Part shown: positions 1-12,149 of the stretch, in pieces
Position numbering within the stretch: the first letter of the stretch is position 1
Layout: every line of letters begins with the position of its first letter
Assembly (NCBI GenBank): GCA_904063045.1
Contig: CAJFCJ010000049.1
Location: 168,501-210,037 of the forward strand
Direction of reading: 5' to 3'
From: Dimorphilus gyrociliatus
Taxonomy: Eukaryota > Animalia > Annelida
DNA length: 41,537 nt
Program-made: the position numbers and the translations under genes
The notes under the pieces: model-generated
What the model was told of the DNA's origin: nothing
The model's database searches: none
The model's input: the letters and a program-made list of their open reading frames with translations, nothing else

Positions 1-517
1 AAAGATTGAATTTCACATAATTTTAACTTACAAATTTAAAATTAGATTCTATTTTTCACTAAGTTCAATACTTTGTTTAAACTTGTCCCCTAGAGATATG
101 AAAATCTCTTATGAATAAGTTTTACAAGTGAAACTTAATTTGTCTATTTCTTTACACATTTGTATAAGATTAGAATCTAGTTTTATATAAAGATATGCAT
201 TTAGAGTATCAGTTAATTTATTGCATAATTTACAAAATGCAATACTAAAAATATCAGAAAATTAATTAAATACTATTGGCCTCTCAGATTTCTTTTCTAG
301 AAGATCTGGGTCTAAGGAGAGTAGCAGAATGTTTTTAATTAGCATTAATTTGGATTTTTACAGTTTGCTTTACCAAAGAAGACTTTTGGATAACCTCACT
401 CATAACTATAAGAAAGCGGAAGACTCTAGAATGAATCTCTTTTTGATTTAAGTGATTTCAAAAATTTTAAGAACTAAAATATATATCTAAAACTGTATTC
501 ATAAACATCTAGGATTT

Positions 518-724
518 GATTGCTGTTGAAAACGCCCACAGTTTTATGGTTTTACCCTAAATCTAGCCCAGCCGTGGACTCTGATTAAAGCACTTCAGTG
601 TTCCTAACCATTAGTTTGATCCTGCCTAATTACAAATCAATTGCTTTACTATTTTTCATAACCCATTCCTAACCCAGACTCTCACCCAAAAATAAATTCA
701 AAATGGGCGTTTTCAATAGTCCCC
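518..724 (+). mobile_element. MITE-like element, copy 1 of the telomere-like-core family
   Basis: Inverted repeat ctgttgaaaacgccca (523-538) / tgggcgttttcaatag (704-719), right end tcccc. The core has degenerate ccctaa/cctaacc motifs. No clean TSD. Confidence 0.7.
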
Positions 725-841
725 TTAGGGGGATTTGTGTCATTTACAATAAGAAGAAAATGTCAGTTTATGAATATGAGCTGTTTTTATATAAGAGTGA
801 TAAGTTGATGGATTCATTCTATAAAGAATTTTGACCAACAT

Positions 842-1722
842 TTATTTGCGCCTTTCTCCGGCTCCATTAGATTTTCTAACAGGTTTTTTATCAGGTGTCA
901 TACCAGGGACAAGTTTTTCCAAGCTAAAGAATGGAAACTCAAAACAAATTGTGAAGAATAAACCAGCAATCATTGATGCAAAAAGTAAAGCAAGGAAGAA
1001 GACAAACTGCAAAAAAAAGAGATATGAAATTAAATTTATGTTCATATTTCATACTTTGAAAATCTATATTTACGATTTCAAAATGAGAAGAATGTTTTCT
1101 ATAACGAGAAATGCCATTATATAAATGAAGTAAACTAGCATGTACCATATACATTCCAAAACTAATTCTGCTAAATGGTAGAAATATTCTCATTGAAAGA
1201 AAATTGTTAATTATTCCTCCATATCCATTGTTACAAGCCCAAATTATCCAACAAATACAAATTGACCAAACAGGACGAGTCAATGTATAAAATGCTATTG
1301 CAGTAATTTTACTGTCAGCTGTATAATTAGTCATACCAAAATTTCTTCCATACAAAGTAAAAAACATCAGCATCATAACTAAAAACCATCCAAGCCCTAT
1401 AAAGAGTTTTCCAATTTTGGGTTTTGGAAATTTATGTTGAAAGATGGCCACAAATGCTCCAATTGCATAGGGAGCAGCTCTAGTATAAGGTTTAAAATAG
1501 ATACTATCAAAAGTTTCAAAATAATTAATTCTACCACCAGAAGTTCTATAATACATATTTCAAGAGATATATTCATACACTTTTAAAAAACGTCTTAGGT
1601 ACTCACAATTCATTTCTCATTAATAAAGATGTGCTCATTAGCTGACTAAGAATAAAACAGCCAAAAATAGCAAATGTTACAAAAGGCGTTCTGAAATATT
1701 TGTTTTAAACTATTACCTTATC

Positions 1723-1757
<35 letters not shown>

Positions 1758-4700
1758 AGGGTCACCCTGAAAGTTTTATCCATTTGTGTCTTACAGCCAA
1801 AAAAAATTACACAATATGTTTGGTCATAAATATTAACTAATGTGTTAGGTATTTGTATGTCTATATAGCTTCAAATTCCCCATTATTGTAAATGCATGTT
1901 TACCACCTGCAGGAAGCATATCAATTCCTTTGGCGAAGTATAAGAGTGGTTTGGACCTGAAAAATGTCCTTAGTGCAATTTGCAATTCCTCATCATTCTC
2001 ATATATTTTGCCCCTGATTCTATTTATTCTTTGTTTTAATCTCTTTAAAATGCTGATGTAAATCTCTAAATTTATTCTGACTTGCAAACTTAAAAATTCT
2101 AGATGAAGCCCTTCCCTGTCCCAAAACAGACATGCCAAGAGTTTGTCTGCAGACTTACCTGTCCTAACCTTTTTTGGTGGTGTAGAAAATTTTGTATGAT
2201 ACTCTAATAAAACTCTTTTAGTCAATGGTTCATGATAGAATACCCAAGTTTCATCTCCTAAAACAATCTTTTCCAGAAAATCATCTTCTTCACCATATTT
2301 TTCTAGGAGTTCTGTAGACATCTATACCCTTTTGTCTTTCTGATACCAATCGAGTTGGTAAGGAATCCATCTTGAGACAATCTGTCTCATCCCAAGACTG
2401 GAAATCAAATCTTCAACAGCAGCATGACCTATGTTCAATGTTTGAGATATCTCAGCCTGGCTTATTCTCCTATTATCTCTGATTAGAGCAATAACTCTGT
2501 CCTTATTTTCATTGTTACTGGCTGTTCTTGGGCATCCCTGCCTATCATCATCAAGTTCTTCCTCCTTTAAATTCTCTAATGCACCTTCTTACTGAACTTT
2601 CATCAAGTGTTGTTTTACCAAAAAAAGCTTTCAGTTGCCTGTGAATATCAATTGCAATAACTTGCTGTGATGCAAGAAATTGAATAATTACTCTCTGCTT
2701 TATACCATCATCCATACCGTGTCACCACTGAAGTCTCAAAAACTTTTCATTCAGGGATCACAATTTGTGACAGTTTTTTAGTGATAGTGCATTAATAAAT
2801 TCACTTTCTATTAATAATGATAATATAGGCCTACAATGTACCGTTTTAAAATTACAGGGAAATGGGTAAAATTTTCAGGGTGACCCTAATAGTAACTTAC
2901 ACAATATAAAGAAATAAGCCTATACTAAGAGCAAAGTATATTTGTACATCGCAACTGATATACCAGGTTGCAACAGCACACTGTCACAAAAATTAATGAT
3001 TACATACAAAATAAGAAGTTTTACTATAACTAATTACCATCTCTTCCTGTGGAAAAAAGTTGTGTATGAATAATAGATTTCTCCACCAAGTTTTTCTACA
3101 AGGATCTATATGTTCTTGTCCAATTGTTTTCAATTCTACAACTCCTGGCCCATATTTAAAAATTGGCAAGACTGCACCTTGTAATGCAACAGTTGCTGCT
3201 AGAAGTGGAAATAATCTCCATATTCTATGTGCAAAGTGCTTAAAAATTTTTCTCTTTGATATTTTATAATTATTTTTTTTTAAATCTTTTATAAATAGAT
3301 AAGTAATAAGAAAACCAGATAGTGTTAGAAAAGTATCAACTGCAAAATTTCCATTATATATTATCTGATATATAAAATCTTTCATTGTTGTCTTTATCTC
3401 CAATTTATTTGCTGTGAAACATAAATAAACTAATGATTAATAGTAAAAGTGGTAGAATATATGATAGAAAATATCCATGGATTATTGATTTATCCAAAAC
3501 CCTTATTTTTTTAATTTCAATTTAAAATTTCCAAAAAAGGTACATTTTTAATGAAATTTAAAAATAAACCAGTAACATTTAATACCTGCAACACCATGTT
3601 GTTCAGAATAACTGTGATAAAAAACTATCCATATTGCTGAAAGTCCTCTAATCCCATTAAGTGACTTGAAACTGCCTTTAACATGTTTTATTGAGAATAT
3701 CTTTGGCAATGATTTAAAGCATGAAAATGATAAGAGAATGTATTGAAGATTATCTAATGTATTTAATAAATAAATTAGAGATAAAGAGAAAGATTAGACA
3801 ATAATTAAATATTTACTTAAATTTTCATCTCCATTTACTTTCTGTTTATCATTTGTACTTTGGAATTTTTTACTAAAATGATCATAAAATGTTCCACCAA
3901 TTACCAAGGAAAAAAATATAGAAAAAAATATTCTGTTAAATTGAGGCAAAAGATTATTAACCATATTTAAAATTTGCAATTTCTTTTTTTTATTACATTC
4001 CGGCCAATCCAGAAGCATCATTTCTAAGTGGAATTTTTATATTATCCATTTTAAATTCACCTTCTGATAGTTGCTCTTCGCAAGATTCATTCTTGATTTT
4101 ATCTTGAATATTTCAATTAGTTCGAAGAAGTTAGTTTTAGTGAGAGGTTGAATATTTTTTATTGAAATGCTTACTTACATTTTAGAGCATTTTCCATAAA
4201 TTTTCTACATTTTGGTAATGCACAAAATCCAGTTGTAAAATAGTCATCAATTTCAATATCTGGTCTCTTTCCTTTTGCTGTGATCAACACATAGAAGCCT
4301 TTTAACATTTCATTCTCTCCAGTAATATTCACTGTCTTATAAACACTATAACATTGATCGTATTCTCCATACCATATCCTTCTGTCTTGAAGTCTTCCAG
4401 ATGATTCTTTTCCATGGGAGTCTTCAACTAAAAAGTATTTTAGTTCTTATTAAAATAACCTTTTTTTAGAAAATGTGACTTTGTACTTTGAAAACTCCAG
4501 CTTTCACTACTAGAAAGTTCTTTTTTAACAAATATTCTTTCCATTTGACATTGAACAGCAAATTCTCTTAAAGAATTATGCTTACTACAGCGAATTGTGC
4601 TCTCTAGAATTTTGTCAACAAGCCTAGAAGTAATACTCTCAAATCTAAAAATTTCTTTCATTTCCAAAATATTTTTCTCCATCAAAAATTCCTGTTCTTT

Positions 4701-4784
4701 AACTGTACTGCAATCACAAATTGCCCATTTTGATAAAAGAATAAAAGTGCTGAATGTAAATGCAAAGAACAATGTTTTGAACAT
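842..4784 (-). CDS. nrf-6: NRF-6-like membrane O-acyltransferase (signal peptide + NRF domain + Acyl_transf_3), 10 exons, apparently intact; symbol is family-level only
   Basis: Joined exons keep phase at all nine GT-AG introns. Motifs: EDSHGKESSGRLQ..WYGEYDQC (NRF), SLNGIRGLSAIWIVFYH, GNFAVDTFLTLSGFL, CRKTWWRNLLFIHNF, TWYISCDVQ, YFKPYTRAAPY, FLPFSRISFGMYMVH, CFEFPFFSLEK. ATG 4782-4784, TAA 842-844. Confidence 0.88.
1725..1758. repeat. (TA)n microsatellite abutting the mariner insertion
   Basis: Direct reading: tatatata run with one interruption, ending in the TA target dinucleotide. Confidence 0.9.
1759..2886 (-). mobile_element. Mariner-family transposon, defective and internally deleted, in intron 7 of the NRF-6-like gene
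   Basis: About 27-bp TIRs (gggtcaccctgaaagttttatccattt / aaatgggtaaaattttcagggtgaccc) and TA at 1757-1758 and 2887-2888. Transposase relic MDDGIKQRVII..IVSRWIP..LGDETWVFYHEP with stops; the HDNA and SPDL..D segments are missing. Confidence 0.93.
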
Positions 4785-5429
4785 TACTGCTGTAAATTCA
4801 AAAATGGTTAATTAAAAGGAAATAAAAAATTTTAGTTGAAATTTTTATACGACTCTATATATGTATATTCTGTTATCATTTTCATTTCGAAAGTATCTAC
4901 TTTATCTGCTCCAAGATAATACCTGAAAGTAATAAACAACCTGATTACTAAAGATAGAAGAAAGAATCGTTTTGAAACTTTTTTAACTAAATATTAGAAC
5001 ATGTCTAGAATATTACAACACAAAATTTATATAAAGCCATAAAAGAGATTTCGTCATTGTTCAATTTACCTAAAAGTGGTCAACAAAAGTATCTCTGTAT
5101 AACTCCTAAAGTGTTTTCTATCAACTGCAACCTAGCCACATCCTTCAAATGTTCAACAAAGTCTAAACTTTACTTTTTTTATTTGTTTTCAGTTTTTGAA
5201 CTCATCAAAAGATTTTCTAATTGTTAGTTCGCTTTAGTCTTTTTGAACTTATCTGATAATATTCCCATAATAGGTCAATTATAGGTAGTAAGTCAGAGAT
5301 AAGCAAGTAGGCCAAGGCAATTTATATCCTCTGTTATTAATTTTTCTAACTAGAATATGTTATATAAATCATTTCTCAGTAATAATATGAGAAATCAGTG
5401 TCCAGAAACAATTTAATAAAATTGTTTAG

Positions 5430-5982
5430 CATTTCCTGTTTATTCAATTGTCTAAAATAGAAACAGTAAATCTATCTGAAAATCAAGATATGGGCAATGG
5501 ATTTTTGAAGATTTGTGAAGGACTTGAAAAATCTTTAAATACCCTGAATAATATTAATTTAAGGTTTTGTAATTTAACTGAGGAACAAGCTGGAGTGATT
5601 GGTAATCTGCTTAAAAATTGTTCTATAATGGAAACAATAAATCTATCTCAGAATATAGACATGGGAAATACATTATTAGATATTTGTGAAGGACTTCAAA
5701 ACTCCTCAGATAGCTTGAAAAATATTGGTTTACACTGCTGTAAATTAAATGAGGAATAATGTAGAGAGATTGGAAATCTACTAAAAAAAATGTTCTATTA
5801 TAGAAACAGTAGATGTATCGTGGAATTCAACAATTGGAAATGGATTTTAGGAAATTTTGTGAGGGACTTCTAAAATCCATATACAATACATTGAAGAAAC
5901 CTGATTTGCACAACTGCAAATTAAATAAACAACAAAGTGAATAGATTCAAAAAATGTACAAAAACATTACACTAATGTAGAA
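5430..5982 (+). pseudogene. Ribonuclease-inhibitor-type LRR gene fragment with about three 56-aa double repeats
   Basis: ORF 5448-5759 repeats IETxNLSxNxDMGNxxLxICEGLxxSxxxLxxIxLxxCxLxEE. A third copy follows after an in-frame TAA (5757-5759) and a frameshift. Confidence 0.75.
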
Positions 5983-6014
5983 TGACTTTATCAATTTATC
6001 AAAAGACTAAAAGT

Positions 6015-6312
6015 TTTTACATCGCCGATGTTTTTATGTGAAATTTGAGCAAGTTTGCTGTTTTATGACAAAGATAGTTTCTTTCTTTGTGATTTACAAA
6101 TACAGTAAGCTTTTCTGCACAGTTACTGCAAAATATTCTTTGAGATTCGAAATTATAAATGAAAAAGTGACAAATTTAAAAAAAACTTCCAAGCATACCT
6201 TTCATACATGTTGCATGTACATATTCCTGGTAGTCACTGCATTTCATACTACTCCGTCTACTTTTATAGTATTTGTATCCTTTATAACAGTTGATACAAA
6301 CAGGTACCCTTT
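6015..6312 (-). pseudogene. PHD-finger gene fragment, two exons (6312-6199 and 6137-6015)
   Basis: Manual translation PVCINCYKG..MKCSDYQEYVHATCMK, GT-AG intron, then YF(C)SNC if one T is restored in a T run. Cys4-His-Cys3 spacing with the fourth Cys read as Tyr. Confidence 0.6.
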
Positions 6313-9300
6313 CTTAATTTTGTAAACAATAGATTCACTTTCAAATAACAAATATGGCTGCCAAGACAAAAATTAACAGTAACAACTTATGAGAAAAGAA
6401 AAAAGCTTCTTCAAAAATTACATAAACTTGTAATATTCAATAAATTAATTCAATAAAGAGAGTTTCAAATCTTAAAACAAAGAAATTATTATGAAGATAT
6501 ATAAAACTTAGGAAATGGGAAATGCATATTTTGCCTATAATTAATACGAAGAGAGTATTTTTTTTGCTGTTTTTATTGCATTACGTAATTGATAGAAAAC
6601 TGGTAGAAATATTGTACCATATAGTTGTTTCGTTAAAAAGCATTAATTTTTCATTATAGACATTTTATTTTCCGAATGTGCACTTCAGTTGGACTTAGAT
6701 ACCTTTTAGAAAACTGTAGACATAACTCGGTACTATTTAATATGAAGAAATAAAGGTTACATAAAGGCATTTCAATCAGTTAAGTTGTATTTTTGCAAGC
6801 TATTCATTTTTCCTGATTGATAGGATTATTTTCTTTGAAATATTAAATAGATATATTTTTGGATTCTCTATAGTTTTCTCTTTTTTAACAATTTCTCATA
6901 GAAATGGAAATTACTATATATAGTCAGCCTCTTTTTTAATCATCAACAATTGTGTAAATTGACAACTTTGCACTAACCTTTTTGATTCAACCAATAATGA
7001 AAACCTTCTAAGCCATTGTTGGTTCCTGTTGTTAAAAGCAGATCTCCTGAGGCGAAAAGCTGCTTCTAATCCAGCTGTCTTCTACATACTTCATTAAATA
7101 TGTTATTATGACAACTAATATACCACATTTTTATTTCCAATTTTTTCCCTTTGTTTCATTAGGTTGATTTTTTCTTCATTGTTAAGGTAACAAACTTAAA
7201 TGTTGACATTTTTCAAACTCAAAAAATGGTTGGAAAGTACTTTTAAAATTTAACTTATTCACAGGATGACCCATCATCATATATTAAGAATAGTAATGAC
7301 AGTAATTTGGTCATTATCATATATGCCTGTTCTTTCCTTTTATATAGAGAATTATATTCTAATTTACTAGAAATATTACCTAAATTCACCTGTATCTTTC
7401 TACCCAATGATCAAGTCTAATGAAAGCAGTAAAAACAGAAGCAAAGCTAAGAACACTTTATAAGAAATTGTTAGATGAGAAGAAGGTAAATAGATTGTGA
7501 AAGGAACCTTGCCAAAACACTCACAGTCAAATATTTGGCTGATAGGTGCAATTTGATTTCGGATTAAAATCCAGTTATTGGAAAAAGCAGCCAGTATTTA
7601 TATTTTATAAAAAGTCTTTATATTTTATTCTTATAATTATCCAGCAACATATACTAATACTACAAAAAATCTACTTTAGAAAACACATAACCATTTGGTC
7701 AAGTTTTATTTCAATTAACCTTCCAAAAACAAAAATTAAGCAATTTGCTAATTATACTTTTTAACCTCCTGTTAACATGTTAACAAACATCAATATCAAC
7801 CAGACAGCTCACCAACTGCAAAGATATGATTTATAGTTAGGGATAAAAATTAGATTACATAAATCATCACTGTTTTGTTACATTCATTTTGTCACTTATC
7901 TCAATTAGACAATGCATTTCCACTTGTACCTTGAGTACCAGTTTGATAATATGACAGCCTGCTACGCAAACTGCTTGCTCTTCTATCAACAATTGCTATA
8001 ATTATTGGCATTAGTATCCAATTCTAAATACACCATGTTTTTAATAGAAAACAAAGTGACTTATCTATTTATAAACCCTTGTTTATTGCAGTCGAAATAA
8101 TTTCTATGGTACATACATTTATCTTTTCATTTTACAATTACTTAACTGTGTATCCTTTGGGAGAATTTATTTGTTGTGTGGAACCCAATTTTTATACATT
8201 ATCTTTTTAGCAAGAAAAGTAACAAGGTAGCCATCTCCAAAATTGTCTCATACCAAACAGATGTGTATGCCGGAAAAAGACAATATAATATATATTTAAT
8301 AAATGAATTAAACAATAACTGTAACTAAATTACTAAAATTTCGATTTATGCCAAAATATATCAGAAGATATTCGAATAAAATTTGTGTCCATACCAATGG
8401 CAATAACATACTAACATAATGTTGAAGATTGGTTCTTCTACGATTACAAAACGATATAATTTATTGTATGTAACCGTATCAAACGGTTGCTGTATTCTAA
8501 TTGCCTACTAATTGGTATCGATATAATCACGTGTATCACAAGATTTAATACATTGTATGCATAAAGACATATTTATATATATGTATGTGTATGACCCCCA
8601 ATATCACATTTAACTCTAGAGATCTGGAAGTTCTCTAACACATAAACCTAATGTAAATTTTTCTATGTAAAAACCTTCAAGCAACAGCCTAGTGACTTTT
8701 TAAGTTGTTCATGTTTATAGACTTATTTAGATAGCAATGATCTTAATGATAAAAAAATGATGAGAAAAAAACCAACAAAAAAAAGTGCTTGACCAGATTT
8801 TAATGATACTATCCCATATAGAATGGAGTGAGTTCTTTTACGTCGATATTGTAAATTTTATTCGAGATTAACAACATCACCTGCACTTAGATTTCCTTTG
8901 TTTGAAATTATTACAATCTATATATAAATAATTATATAAACATGACTTTGAGAAAATTGAATTTTGTTTCTATACTGTGGAACAGCTGAGACAATATTCA
9001 TTATAAGCAACAATCTGTTTACCATTTTTTTGAGGAAGAATTGAAAAAACATCACCCATTCTTACATTTAGTCTTTCATTAAATTGGATAGTTTTAAAAC
9101 CAATACTCTCTGAAGGTACTGGAATCAAATGAATCAGTTTAAAAGTTAAATTCTGTATATTTTCCTCATCAAGGGGTCTCCAAATACCAAAATTTCCAGT
9201 ATTGTTTGAACTCTATCTATGATATTTGATATATGTTAAATAGCCATCACAAGGAAATCTTCTATCCATAAATATATTAAAATGGTCACCTCCAATTCCA

Positions 9301-9904
9301 TTTCTGTGTTTAACTTCATCTCCAATAACATGAGTTGATTCGTCAATTTGACAAATGGGATTATCATCTTGAAGAAATAGTTTGAAAAACATTTGTAATT
9401 GTGTAGAACTTGTGGAGAGTGCAATTTGAATGTTTACCTCTTTTTGGTGCATTGATTAAAAAGAGATTAATAGCAAAATACCTATTTATTATAGGACTAT
9501 TTATAAAATTTGCAGTATAAGTTATTGGTATGTTTTTACTTCCTTTGTCTAATTCATATATCTGTTGATATGAATTAAGCAATTCAAATAAAATTTCAAA
9601 ATATTAAAGATTAAATTAGATTTTAGAGATATTATTTACATGATATAACTTTGGAGCCTTGGTTGAATCTTCAACATACGCTATTGATGGAGTTTGTCCT
9701 TAAAAATCAAATCCAATGATATCATTCTTCTTTATATACAAAGGTGAATAAAGATTTACAGTCTCTTTTCCATATCCACCAGGGAACTCATTGCAAAGAT
9801 TATGCACTTTATAAAACATTTTATTATCATTTTCAACTTTTCTCCATAGGCCAAGGCACATACCACTTGCTACACCATTTTTTAAGTATGTGAAGTTTGT
9901 AATA

Positions 9905-11544
9905 CAGTACCGGCGGTAAGTCACTGTTACACCTCAAAAAAATAATATTTTCTTGATTTTTTCTCTTTCCACGCCTAAAGAATGAAAATGAAGGATATTA
10001 TTATATTTAATAATATTCTTCTTATCATTATAGAAAGAAAATATATGTTTTTAATTTAAAATCTCAGAAATATGATCACTTTAATGTGATAGGCCTATTT
10101 ATGGAAAAGCACAAGCATCAGTTATGTTCAAAAAATTTACCCTGATCATTGAGTAGTGTCACTTTTAACCAGATTTTAAGGTCATTTATGTGTTTGGGCA
10201 TGTGTAATCTAACAGTTGACAAATTTAAAATAAAAATGGTGAAGCTATCTGAAGCAACAAGAATTTCTATCTTAAATTGTCTTAAAGACCAGAAATGTCC
10301 ATTCGAAAAGTGGCAAAGCTTTTTAAATGTAGTCCAACTACTGTACAAAATATAAAAAATAAATTTAAAGAGCTAAAAACGATAAAAGATAAGCAAAGAA
10401 CTGGTAGACCAAAAAAATGACACCAAAGATGGAAAGGCAAATTACCAGGGCATCTAAATCAAACCCCAAGTGGACGGCCCATCAGGTATTATATAATTCT
10501 GGTATACCAATATCTCTTTCTCTAACAACAGTGAAGCAGGTACTACGAAAAAATAACTTAAATGGGAGAATTGCAGCCAAAAAACCTGCTTTATCTAAGA
10601 GGCAGATAATAAGTAGGAAAGAGTTCTGTAGAGAGAGAGAAAACTGGGGGATTGAAAATTGGAAAAAAGTAATTTTTTCTGATGAATCAAAGGTTGAGCT
10701 GCATCCTAGGAGAAGGGAGTTTGTTAGGAGGCCATTGGGTAAATGGAATGACCCCAAATATACCACAAAAACAGTAAAATTTGGGGGAGGGAATATAATG
10801 GTGTTTGGCTACATTAAGTTCAATGGAGATAGGGGCCTAGCTTTAGTGTCTAATCGCATGACAGCTTCGGATTATGTCAAAATTTTGAGCAGTCATGTTG
10901 TCCCAAATTATAGGAGAGGGGAAATTTTCCAGCAGGATGGGGCTAGGTGTCATACAGCAGCCAGAACAAAAGCGTACCTCGAGAGAAAGGGAGTAGAAAC
11001 ACTGGATCCATGGCCAGCAAACAGCCCAGACCTGAACATAATTGAGCAAATATGGGGCATATGCAAAAAACGTTTAATGGCACATAAGCCAAGAAACAAG
11101 GATGAGCTGTGGGAGATGTTCAGAGAGGAATTTTATAAAATTTCAGAATTGGAAATTCAATTCTTATATGAGACAATGGAAAGAAGGCTTAGGGCAGTTG
11201 TAGAAGCTAAGGGTATGCACACAAAATATTAAGGCATTAAAAAATATAATATCCTGTAAATAACAGTCAAAATAAGAACAAAAAAATACTTTTAATATTC
11301 TTTTAGAGTAATTTTTGTGATTGTAACAAGTACTTATGCTCCCATTGAAAATAGGCCTACCACTTTAAAATATCAATAATTCAGAGATTTGAATTGAAAA
11401 ACATATATTTTCTCTCTATAATGATAAGAAGAATATTACTAAATATAATAATATCCTTCATTTTCATTCTTTAGGCGCGGAAAGAGAAAAAATCAAGAAA
11501 ATATTATTTTTTTGAGGTGTAACAGTGACTTACCGCCGGTACTG
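9905..11544 (+). mobile_element. Tc1-like transposon with long TIRs and DD35E spacing, near-intact
   Basis: Ends cagtaccggcggtaagtcactgttacacc and its reverse complement, TA at 9903-9904 and 11545-11546. The outer ~145 bp of the TIRs differ at about 3 positions; a more diverged inner part extends to about 240 bp. Confidence 0.97.
10236..11232 (+). CDS. Tc1-like transposase (332 aa if two single-A indels are restored; ORF 10417-11232 is open)
   Basis: IFSDESK, FQQDGARCH, NSPDLNIIEQIW, with 35 residues between the second D and E. The HTH N-terminus MVKLSEATR..(M)SIRKVAKLFKCSPTTVQ..GRPKK is broken at A runs 10293-10295 and 10411-10417. Confidence 0.85.
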
Positions 11545-11839
11545 TATATCCATTATTTGGGATCAAAAAATCAGAAAGAATATTCAATTTTAGGGAATCA
11601 TTGATAAATGATTGATTAAGAGCAATTTGCTCTCCTAGAGTTTGACCATTTCCCCCATTTAGAAAACTTTTGCAAGGATTAATAAGAAGGCACAGAGTTA
11701 AAGAGTAGAAAAGCTTGAATAAGTAAAGTATAATTGCTTCAAAATGTCTAGAGAATTTCCTAATATATTCATTCATTTAATTATTAATTTTATATAATTA
11801 TTATTGTTAAATAAGTTACGTTAAGTAACGTTTGTAATA

Positions 11840-11900
11840 GCCGGCAGAGGGCCGATGTATCGTTTAAAAACATAACGTTGTAAAAATCCCACCAGGTGGC
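11840..11900 (+). promoter_or_regulatory. Two CTCF-core-like motifs in a GC-richer patch upstream of the 11776 start codon
   Basis: gccggcagagggcc (11840-11853) and ccaccaggtggc (11889-11900) match the CCASYAGRKGGC core. Motif match only. Confidence 0.35.
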
Positions 11901-12149
11901 CCTTGGTGTACGTTCAGTAGCTGAATTGTCTTTACCGTCGCAATATATATCGTTAAGATATATGTTTCACGGTAACTATTAAAATAAAATCCTTTTCCTA
12001 CTTTATTCAAAAATTATGAAACTTGGAATTTTTTGATCAAATAAGTAATATTGACAATAATTATTCTCTTTTTATTGATTAGTAACTGTAATCTATTATA
12101 AAAGATATAATACTTTCTTTGGATAAAAAACATTATCTTTATATATATA

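Larger units (their letters stand above)
8790..11776 (-). pseudogene. Secreted-type protein pseudogene with two tandem copies of an unnamed beta-rich domain, interrupted by a Tc1 element
   Basis: ATG 11774-11776 and a hydrophobic leader. Removing 9905-11544 plus one TA gives in-frame NNGY|ITNFTYL. Copies FLIPNNGYITNF..GLWRK..KKNDIIGF and FPCDGYLTYI..GIWRP..RMGDVFSI. Four in-frame stops. Weaker Cys-containing relics may continue to about 6900. Confidence 0.7.

Noticed and set aside
8516-8535. tatcgata (DRE-like) and cacgtg (E-box) promoter words
   Set aside because: Isolated short palindromes with no associated intact gene start.
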